A stretch of 64,000 nt of DNA from Candidatus Shapirobacteria bacterium (lineage in GTDB: Bacteria; Patescibacteriota; Microgenomatia; UBA12405; BS750m-G30): the NCBI GenBank assembly GCA_043817235.1, contig JBDRHA010000007.1, positions 137,212 through 201,211 of the forward strand. Reading direction: 5' to 3'. Within the stretch, counting starts at the first letter, position 1, and the number at the start of each line of letters is the position of its first letter. A program made the translations under genes and the position numbers. This document shows positions 1 to 8,400 of the stretch, piece by piece. The notes beneath the pieces are model-generated. The model did no database searches and was not told the origin of the DNA. It saw only the letters and a program-made list of their open reading frames with translations.

Positions 1-632
1 GGATATTTTTAGCTGCCGTGCCGGTGGCCATAACCTTTGATTCGATTCCTAATGCGCTTCGCAACCTAGTTGCTTTGCCTTCTTATCAACTGCTTGCGGC
101 TTACGGGTTTGTTAGTTTTTTTGGCTTAATTAAAGAAAAAAAGATCACGACCGGACTAGTTGTCTTGTCAGTGCTTATATTCGGATATCAGTTTCTTTTA
201 TATCTAAATCTTTATTATGAAAAATATTCTCTCGCTTATTCCCGTGATTGGCAGTACGGCTATAAGCAGGTTTTAGACTATGTTGCTCAGAATCAAGATA
301 ATTATGACCGGGTAATTATTACTCGTCATTACGGGGAGCCGCATGTTTTTACCTTATTTTGGCTAACTTTTGACCCGGGCAAATACCAGAATGATGAGAG
401 CCTGGTTCGCTATCAAGATCATGATTGGGTTTGGGTAAGCGGGTTTGATAAGTATTTATTTCCCGACCTAGGCGATTCGGGATCCAGGGTGACTGATTTT
501 AAAGAAAAATACGCTGACCAAGGGAAAACTTTGATTATCGGCCGGCCTGATGATTTTTCCCCGACTGACCCGCAGTTAAAAAAGGTTAGTTTTTTGGACG
601 GCAAAGATGCATTTCAAATTAGCGAATTTTAG
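1..632 (+). CDS. GT-C (ArnT/PMT-like) membrane glycosyltransferase, C-terminal part; runs off the window start
   Basis: Frame is open upstream of 18 (IFLAAVPVAITFDSIPNALR). The C-terminus WQYGYKQV...EPHVFTLF parallels the end of the downstream paralog (WQAGYEQV...QPYIFDLF). Confidence 0.7.
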   Translation, partial: IFLAAVPVAITFDSIPNALRNLVALPSYQLLAAYGFVSFFGLIKEKKITTGLVVLSVLIFGYQFLLYLNLYYEKYSLAYSRDWQYGYKQVLDYVAQNQDNYDRVIITRHYGEPHVFTLFWLTFDPGKYQNDESLVRYQDHDWVWVSGFDKYLFPDLGDSGSRVTDFKEKYADQGKTLIIGRPDDFSPTDPQLKKVSFLDGKDAFQISEF

Positions 633-2085
633 CTTTGTTCTTCTTTTTTTGCTTGGAGTGGGCTTGCGCCTGTTTGCTCTTGGCAAAATCCCTTCGGGAT
701 TAAGCTGGGACGAGGCCTCTATTGGCTATAATGCTTGGTCAGTATTGCAATCCGGCAAAGACGAGTGGGGCGAATTTTTGCCGCTTCATTTTCGGGCTTT
801 TGGGGAATGGAAACTGCCGGGATATATTTACGCTGATGCTATTTTTATTAAAATTTTTGGCCTTAATTCCTTGGCAGTACGCCTGCCCTCAATTTTGGCC
901 GGTATCGGCGGAGCAATTGTTTTTGGTTTAATCTGGCAAAAACTAAAAGGAAAAAAAACAGCCCTGATTGCTTCTTTATTATTTTTGTTTTCCTTTTGGA
1001 GCTTTTTTCTATCTCGGGCTGCTTTTGAGGCAAACTTGGGATTATTTTTATTTTTAGCCGGCTGGTGTTTGTTTCTTTACCAAAGAACTTATTTGTCTAT
1101 TATTATATTTGTTCTTACGCTTTATACCTATAATGCTTTTCGGATTATTACCCCCTTATTTGTTTTTTGGCTAATTTTTCTTTATCGGCAGGACATCAAG
1201 AAAGCTAAAATTTATCGGTCACTGGCACTCTTTGCGGGAGGAAGCCTGTTATTGATTAGATTTGCAATTCTAAACAACTCCGCTCTTTCTCGGTTTAGCC
1301 AAGTAGCTCCTGAGGGAAATATGTTTTTAGTTGTTTTAAGAAATTATTTATCTCATTTTGGGCTTGAGTTTTTAGTGTCTAAGGGCGACCTTAACCAGCG
1401 CCATTTTTCTCAAATCAACGGCCAAATATCTTATCTAGTATTGATCCTGGCTATATTCGGAGCTTTTTTGCTTTGGCAAAGATTAAGAAAATTTAGGCGG
1501 CGAGCCAAAACAGAGCTTTCCGTTTTGGGCTTGCTTTTAATTTCTCCTTTGCCGGCGGCAATTACTAAGGAATCACCCCATTCTTTGCGGGCGATTGGTT
1601 TACTACCGGTCTTTTTGAACTTAGCGTGCCTTGGGGCACAATATTTAAGGAGCAGGTTAGTCAAAACAAAATCTGTTTGGCTGCGAGCTGGAGGTTGTCT
1701 GGTTTTGTTTTTTTTATTTTCCCAATATGTTCTTTTTTATCAAGACTATTTTATCAACTACTCCCAGCGCTCCGCTGATGAATGGCAAGCGGGCTATGAG
1801 CAAGTGTTTTTAGAGTTAAAAGAAGAGAAGAGGCCAATTTATTTTAGTACCAAAAAAATTCAGCCTTATATTTTTGATCTTTTTTATCAGCCGCGCCTAA
1901 TTAGTGGCTTAGATTATGATGTAGCCGAACCAAGTTTTTGGCATGAGAGTAGGTTATCCAGAATAGAAAATATTTACTTTCTGAATCAGGAGGAAGTTAT
2001 AAATAAGGCCAACAACAAAGAGCCGGGAGTTTATGTTTTAGCGGTTGATGGCCAAAGCGAAGGATTTGTTTTATTCTCTTTTTGA
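607..2085 (+). CDS. GT-C (ArnT/GT39-like) membrane glycosyltransferase
   Basis: LRLF..G..PSGLSWDEASIGYNA, AVRLPS and SRAAFEAN motifs; many hydrophobic helices. Confidence 0.85.
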   Translation: MHFKLANFSFVLLFLLGVGLRLFALGKIPSGLSWDEASIGYNAWSVLQSGKDEWGEFLPLHFRAFGEWKLPGYIYADAIFIKIFGLNSLAVRLPSILAGIGGAIVFGLIWQKLKGKKTALIASLLFLFSFWSFFLSRAAFEANLGLFLFLAGWCLFLYQRTYLSIIIFVLTLYTYNAFRIITPLFVFWLIFLYRQDIKKAKIYRSLALFAGGSLLLIRFAILNNSALSRFSQVAPEGNMFLVVLRNYLSHFGLEFLVSKGDLNQRHFSQINGQISYLVLILAIFGAFLLWQRLRKFRRRAKTELSVLGLLLISPLPAAITKESPHSLRAIGLLPVFLNLACLGAQYLRSRLVKTKSVWLRAGGCLVLFFLFSQYVLFYQDYFINYSQRSADEWQAGYEQVFLELKEEKRPIYFSTKKIQPYIFDLFYQPRLISGLDYDVAEPSFWHESRLSRIENIYFLNQEEVINKANNKEPGVYVLAVDGQSEGFVLFSF

Positions 2086-2111
2086 TTATAAAATCAAACA
2101 GATCATATAAA

Positions 2112-2999
2112 ATGATAGCTAAAAAGTCAAAAATTTCCGTAGTCATTCCGGTTTGGAACGGGGAAAAGCTTCTGAAAAAGAATTTACCCTTAGTATTCAA
2201 AGCTTTGCCGAAAGGGACCGAGGTGATTCTTGTTGACGACGGCTCAAAAGACGGCAGTGGTCAGTATCTAAAAAACCTAAAAACAAAAGATTATCCTTTA
2301 AAAATTTTTATTAATAAAACAAACCAGGGTTTTGTCTATTCAGCTAATTTGGGAGTAAAGAAAGCCAAATCGGAACTTGTTTTACTTTTAAACACGGATG
2401 TTGTTCCGCAAAAGAACTTTTTGTCTCCGGCCCTAAGGCATTTTCAGGATGAAAAAGTATTTGCCGTTTCTTTAGCTGAGCAGGGTTATGGTTGGGCCAA
2501 GATTTGGTGGCGAGGGGGATTTATTCATATTGGGGATGGGGGGAAAAGCAAAAGTTTTCATATTTGTGCTTGGGCTTCAGGAGGAACCGGGGTTTTTCGA
2601 AAAAAAATGTGGGAGGAGCTAGGGGGCTTTGATTCTCTTTACAGTCCTTATTATTGGGAAGATTTTGATTTGGGTTTTCGGGCTTGGAAACAGGGCTGGA
2701 AAATTATTTGGGAGCCAAAAGCGCTGGTTTTCCACCAACATGAATCCAGCACTTCCAAAGTTAATCGCCAATACGTTAATCTGATCAAGGAAAGAAATCA
2801 ACTGCTTTTTATTTGGAAAAATATTAGCAATAGAGGATGGCGCTTTGCTAATTATTTAGGGATGGCTTTAAGGGTTGTCTTAGGCCCGAATTATTTAAAA
2901 GTGATTATGGCTGCAAAAAGGCAGTATAAAATTTGCGGTCGGCCCATGACTTGCGAGGGCAAACTTACCGACAGGCAGGTGCTAAAACTTTTTCGATGA
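2112..2999 (+). CDS. GT2 glycosyltransferase
   Basis: SVVIPVWN, VDDGSKD, LLNTD and YWEDFDL motifs. ATG 2112 preferred over track start 2082. Confidence 0.9.
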   Translation: MIAKKSKISVVIPVWNGEKLLKKNLPLVFKALPKGTEVILVDDGSKDGSGQYLKNLKTKDYPLKIFINKTNQGFVYSANLGVKKAKSELVLLLNTDVVPQKNFLSPALRHFQDEKVFAVSLAEQGYGWAKIWWRGGFIHIGDGGKSKSFHICAWASGGTGVFRKKMWEELGGFDSLYSPYYWEDFDLGFRAWKQGWKIIWEPKALVFHQHESSTSKVNRQYVNLIKERNQLLFIWKNISNRGWRFANYLGMALRVVLGPNYLKVIMAAKRQYKICGRPMTCEGKLTDRQVLKLFR

Positions 3000-3817
3000 A
3001 GCTAATAGATCTTTCGATTATTATAATTAGTTTTAATACAAAAAAAATTCTTGGTCAGTGTTTAAAATCTATTCTTTCCAGTCGAGATAAACTAAGAAAA
3101 GAGATAATTATTGTTGATAATGCTTCAGCTGACGATTCCTTGAGAATCGTCAGAAAGTTCCAATTTTCAAATTCCAATTTTCAAATTAAATTAATTAAAA
3201 ATAAGAAGAATTTAGGTTTTGCAAAAGCTAATAATCAGGGGATAAAAATTGCTCGGGGTAAAAATGTTTTGCTCTTAAATAGCGATACTCTAGTAAAGAA
3301 AAATTCTCTTTCAAAACTAGTTAAATTTGCGAAAAAAAATAAGGACTTAGGAGCTGTCGCGCCCCGATTATTAAATGCTGATGGCAGTGTCCAGCCTTCA
3401 TGCTTTCGTTTTCCCTCGGTAAAAGGGGCAATTAAAGAATTTTGGCTAAGCAAAAAAAATTCATTTTCTAAATATTACCCCAAAACTGGCCAGCCAGCTT
3501 TAGTTGAAGCGGCGGTGGGGGCTGCTTTACTTTTACCCCAAAAAACCATCGCCAAGATAGGCTTGCTTGATGAGCGGTATTTTATGTATTTTGAAGATTT
3601 GGATTATTGTCGAAGAATTAAGAAGGCCGGATTAAAGATTTATTATTTACCTCAAGCGGAGATTGTTCATATTCATGGAGCAAGCGGAAAAAAAGAAAAA
3701 GGGAAAACAAATTTATGGCTAAAAGAAAGTAGTAAAATATATTATGGTTTAGCTAGATATTATTTAATTAATTTTATTATTTGGAGTGGGCAAAAATGGG
3801 TTAAAATGAAACAATGA
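2996..3817 (+). CDS. GT2 glycosyltransferase (WbbL/rhamnosyltransferase-like)
   Basis: LSIIIISFN, VDNASAD, LLNSD and FMYFEDLDYC motifs. ATG 2996 overlaps the upstream TGA. Confidence 0.9.
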   Translation: MKLIDLSIIIISFNTKKILGQCLKSILSSRDKLRKEIIIVDNASADDSLRIVRKFQFSNSNFQIKLIKNKKNLGFAKANNQGIKIARGKNVLLLNSDTLVKKNSLSKLVKFAKKNKDLGAVAPRLLNADGSVQPSCFRFPSVKGAIKEFWLSKKNSFSKYYPKTGQPALVEAAVGAALLLPQKTIAKIGLLDERYFMYFEDLDYCRRIKKAGLKIYYLPQAEIVHIHGASGKKEKGKTNLWLKESSKIYYGLARYYLINFIIWSGQKWVKMKQ

Positions 3818-4614
3818 AAAAATATAAACTTTCGGTAGCTTTGGCCACTTTTAATGAAGAAAAGAATTTAGCCCGCTGTTTGGATTCGGTCAAAGGCTGG
3901 GTAGATGAAATTGTGGTAGTTGACGGTTCTTCGACCGACAAAACTAGAGAAATTGCAAAAAAATTTGGCGCGAAAATAATTAAAACGACAAACAAGCCAG
4001 TTTTTCATATTAATAAACAAAAGGCAATAGATAGATGTTCTGGGGAATGGATTTTGCAATTAGATGCTGACGAGGTCGTGGATGCGAAACTCAAGCAAGA
4101 GATCTTAAAGATAGTGAGAAAGGGGAGTAATTTTACTGCCTTTTGGATTCCGCGAAAAAATTATTTTTTAGGAAAATTTTTACAGAAAACCGGTCAATAT
4201 CCTGACTCTGTAATTCGTTTTTTTAAAAAAGAGAAGGCATGGCTGCCCTGCAAATCGGTTCATGAGCAAGTCGAAGTAATGGGAAAAGTCGGCTGTTTAA
4301 AAGGACATCTGTTTCATTACGGCAATAAAAGTCTTTCCGAGTATTTGAAAAGGTCTAACCGCTACACCACTTTAACTGCTAAAGAATTGTTAGATTCGGG
4401 AGAAAGGCCAGGGATTTTTAGTTTTTTGAGGGCTGTAATTAAGGCTAAAAAAACTTTTCTTATTTTATTTTTTCGAAACAAGGGTTTTTTAGACGGTTTC
4501 CCTGGTTTTGTTTTTTCCTTTTATTCCGGCTTGCATCACCTAACTGCTTACGTGAAATTTTGGGAAATGAATAAAGAGAAAAGAGGGGCTGATATTGGCA
4601 AAGATTGGGAGTAG
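3814..4614 (+). CDS. GT2 glycosyltransferase (WaaE/KdtX beta-1,4-glucosyltransferase-like)
   Basis: TFNEEKNLARCL, LDADE, VHEQ and GFLDGFPG motifs. Confidence 0.85.
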   Translation: MKKYKLSVALATFNEEKNLARCLDSVKGWVDEIVVVDGSSTDKTREIAKKFGAKIIKTTNKPVFHINKQKAIDRCSGEWILQLDADEVVDAKLKQEILKIVRKGSNFTAFWIPRKNYFLGKFLQKTGQYPDSVIRFFKKEKAWLPCKSVHEQVEVMGKVGCLKGHLFHYGNKSLSEYLKRSNRYTTLTAKELLDSGERPGIFSFLRAVIKAKKTFLILFFRNKGFLDGFPGFVFSFYSGLHHLTAYVKFWEMNKEKRGADIGKDWE

Positions 4615-4643
4615 GGTAGATAATTAGATACAATATCCTTGCT

Positions 4644-5195
4644 ATGAAATCTACGGAAAGGCCAAGAACTATAAATCGAGATATTCGCAAATGGCTTAAG
4701 GAAGATCTGGGGAAAATTAGGCATGAATTTAAAAAAGCTTTAGTCGAAAGAGCCACTCAAGATGTTTTGGCTTGGGAAGAAATAAGCGCTTGCTTTTTTC
4801 TTTCAAGTAGGTGTTACAGCGAAATGCCTATTTGTGATCATGTTTGGAGTGGAATTCAACCTCCCCGTGGCTTTGAAAAAGTTCCTTTTGAAAACGGTAG
4901 AGTGGACATTATTGGAGCAAGCGCCAATCTGATATTGGATAGCTGCCCTCACCATACTTATGCTGCCAGCCCTGAAGGTTTTATTATTTGCCTTACTCCT
5001 GGCTTATTTATTGGTTTTAACAGAGAAGATATGTTGCCAGGGGCGCGGCTATCTTGGTTAAAAAATTTAGCTCCAGATTTGATTAGTTTATTTCCCGATG
5101 ATAGAGGTCGACAGGGAATTGGGGTTTTATTTGGCCATCAAGAAGAAATTACCAGGAGGCTAGGATTTTTATATACCACGCAAGGCCAGTACTAA
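4644..5195 (+). CDS. Hypothetical protein
   Basis: 183-aa ORF with TACAAT 9 nt upstream and no recognised motif. Its stop codon lies inside the palindromic repeat at 5177-5260. Confidence 0.55.
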   Translation: MKSTERPRTINRDIRKWLKEDLGKIRHEFKKALVERATQDVLAWEEISACFFLSSRCYSEMPICDHVWSGIQPPRGFEKVPFENGRVDIIGASANLILDSCPHHTYAASPEGFIICLTPGLFIGFNREDMLPGARLSWLKNLAPDLISLFPDDRGRQGIGVLFGHQEEITRRLGFLYTTQGQY

Positions 5196-5260
5196 ATGGC
5201 ACTTGGCAAAGCGAGCAAAAGAAGAAACTGCGCAAACTAGCTTGCGCAGAGACTTCATTT
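5177..5260 (+). repeat. Degenerate copy of the palindromic element at 27831-27913
   Basis: Aligns with 27831-27913, sharing ACTTGGC...GCGAGCAAAAGAAGAAACTGCGCA...TGCGCAGAGACTTCATTT. The stem CTGCGCAA/TTGCGCAG is kept with a different loop. Confidence 0.9.
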
Positions 5261-5432
5261 TTCCCCTTGCTTTTGTACTTTGCCCGAAAGAGTAAACAAT
5301 CCCTGGATTATTACGATCCATGATTAAAATGGGCCAAGCGCAAACCCGAAAATTTTCCTGGGCGAAAACGGCTAAAGAATAGGCAAACCCCCTCTTGACA
5401 AGGGTTTGATTTTTTGGTTCTCTTGTTTAAGA

Positions 5433-8400
5433 ATGATGAAACATTTTTTTGCTGGATTAATTTTTTTTATTTTTAGTTTATTTTTATTCCCCTCTTTTGT
5501 TCAGGCTACTGATATCACTTTTACCTCTTTTACGGCTAGCAGCTATGAATTGGGAGAGGAGGGGGTAACTTATACTTATACTTTTACTATTCCCCAGACT
5601 CTTCCGACTAGTGGCTCTATTAGTATTCAATTAGTTCCCCAGCGCTCGGGAACAGATGGGGCAGAGGCTAATTTTTGCGATGCCACTTTAGCTGCTTTTA
5701 CAGATGACGGTGATGATTTAAGTGGAAGCGCTACTGTTCGGGCTTTTAGTTCAGGCCCAGGAGTATGCAGTGGCCAGGGGATAGTAGTTGAAGGTGATCC
5801 GTCTTTTTCTCAAGAGCTGGCAGCCGGTTCGGTAATAGCTGCTAGTTTTGCTAATGTAACTAATCCTTCTTTAGAGGGAACAGCTTATCACTCTATTGTG
5901 GATAATTATATAAATCAGACTGATTCAGATGCTGTTTCTTGGACTGCTTTTGGCGATCCGCTTTTAAAAATTACGGTAGTAGAGCCGGACGGGACTACGC
6001 CAGTGGCTTTGGCTAATGTCTGGATTCATAATACTTACTATACTAAAAGTGCCAGTTTAAGTACTCATGGCGGCGGTAATGCCTATTTTTATGCGAATGA
6101 TTTTTGGGTTCCTTCCGGAATTGCTTCGGATGACACTTACTCAATTCATGTAGAGGCTCCGACAGGCAGTGGTTCGACTAATGCTAACGTAGTTACCGGA
6201 GTAGCGGTAGCTAGTGGAGAAATTAATAATGATTATTTTGCCGATGGAGCTGAAGGACCGATAAGATTATCCAAACCCTTAATGACCGGAACGATGGTTG
6301 TCCCGGCCGGTTGCACTAATTGTGTAGCGGCTGAAGGAGACGCAATTACGGATGTGGACATTGATGTGCGGGATGCTTCTTATAATCCCAGTAATTTTTC
6401 CCATACTCGGGTAAATGATAGCGGGGTTTTTACGATTGGTGGGTTGTCTGGCAGTGAGACCGGGACTACTTACGTAGTTGAATTTCATAGCCCCTATGAT
6501 ATGAGCAACTATAAGGGTTTAATTCCTCCAGCAGTTATTGAAGAGCTAGTAGTTTATGATACGGATGGGGATGGGATTACTAATTATGTGAAATATGATT
6601 CGAACGGGGATGATGTTTTGGAACAAACTAATTTTGTCGATTTACCAATTGCTTTAGGTAATTTTCCTTTCCGCTTAGCCAGTAAGACTATTTCGGGGCG
6701 AATTACCAATATTGCTGGAGATCCGGTAAACGGAGCTTCAGTGCGGGCTTTTAAGATGATGAATCCGGAAATGGTCCAAACTACTACCGATAGCGATGGC
6801 GATTATTCGCTTCTAGTGGGAGGTGGTAGCTGGATGTTTATGCCCGAGCTGGATATGCACACTAATTTTGACGATGACGCTGATAACGACGTTAGTGCGG
6901 AATGGGTTTATTGCGGCATGGGCAAAAGCGCTACTTTTGAAAATGATACCAGTACGGAAACTTCAACTGGTAATAATTTTACCGTTAAAACAGCAAGTGT
7001 AACGATTATCGGAGCAGTCAAGGATCCCAGCGGGAATCCTTTCACGGGGGGCAATGGCGGTGTTTCTATCTTTTCTAAAAATGGCTGTGGTTCTAATTCA
7101 GCGATTGACCCAATGGATGGCACTTTTAGCGTTGGGGTTCCCCCCGGAACTTATGAGGTTAGTGTTCATACTTGGCAGCAAGATTATTCGGCTCCAGCCT
7201 CCACTGTCGTAACTGCTACTTCGGGAACAGTTAATGTAGGGAGCTTGCAATTGAGTACTAAACAAGCCAGGATTTCGGGTAGGTTGTGGGCAGATGCCAA
7301 CGAAAACGGCACTTACGATAGCGGTGAGGGGGTTGGTAATGTACGAGTAGAGGCTTTTAAAGCGGCTAAAAAGTTTGATGAGTTTTCTGGGGGGCCAGGA
7401 GGTGGGCCAATGGGAGGCGGAGGCGATTGGTCTTCAACCACGAGTTCTAACGACACAGATACAAAGGGTAATTTTGAGCTAAATGTTACTAAGGGAACTT
7501 GGGTGGTTAATGTAATGGCAGATCCGGGGATGATGGGGGGTTATTCGACTAATAGCGTGGATTATATTTATACTGGGGCTCCAACTCAGGTTCAGCTTTC
7601 GAGCGATACGTCTCAGAGCACAGGCAACAATTTTGAGTTAGGTATTGCGGATGCGACTATCAATGGTCGAGTAGTTAATTCGGAAACAGATGTGGGAATC
7701 GGTGGAGTTTATGGTTATGCTTTTGCGGAACCAGCGGGTACTTATGGTCAAAGTGCAATGATGGGTATGGGCATGGGGGCGATGATTAGCAATTCAGCCT
7801 TTACCATTAAGGTTCCTGCCGGTGACTATCGGATTGGAGTTGATTTTCCGCCCGAGACTTCAGGCTATACTCCGGCCAGTACCGCCACAGTAACCGCCGT
7901 TTCTGGAGAAACAGTGACGGTTGACGTTCCTGTAACTCCGAATAATGCGACCGTTAGGATTCAGTTTAAGGATAGCGCGGGGAGTTTAGTTACTGACTTA
8001 GCTCATGCGGAGGTTTTTATGGACAACGGAGCGGGTGGACATCAGTGGCGGATATTTTCTCAATCGGAATTAACTACGGGCAAGGTTGATATTCAAACTG
8101 CCGCCGGAGTATGGAATATTGGCTATTATATTAGCCCGACGGAAACTGACTATATGAGTCAGGCGGTGAACGACAACAAGGTGACAGCGATGGCTAATGA
8201 GACAGTTTCCAAAGATATTACTTTACAAGTAGCCAACTCTACCGTTTCTGGCACTGTCTACACGCCTGACGGCGATCCTCTTTCCGGAGTTTTTGTTTCT
8301 TTGGATTCGCGCAAAGCCTCCACTTTTAATCCTGTAAGCGGGCCGATATTCATGAGCGGAGATGTGACTGGGGCAGATGGAACCTATTCTCTTACCTTGC

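Noticed and set aside
5261-5408. Possible ncRNA or riboswitch upstream of the surface protein (small hairpins such as TGGAT...ATCCA and CAAACCC...GGGTTTG around TTGACA)
   Set aside because: The stems are short and match no family I recognise. An Rfam search would be needed.
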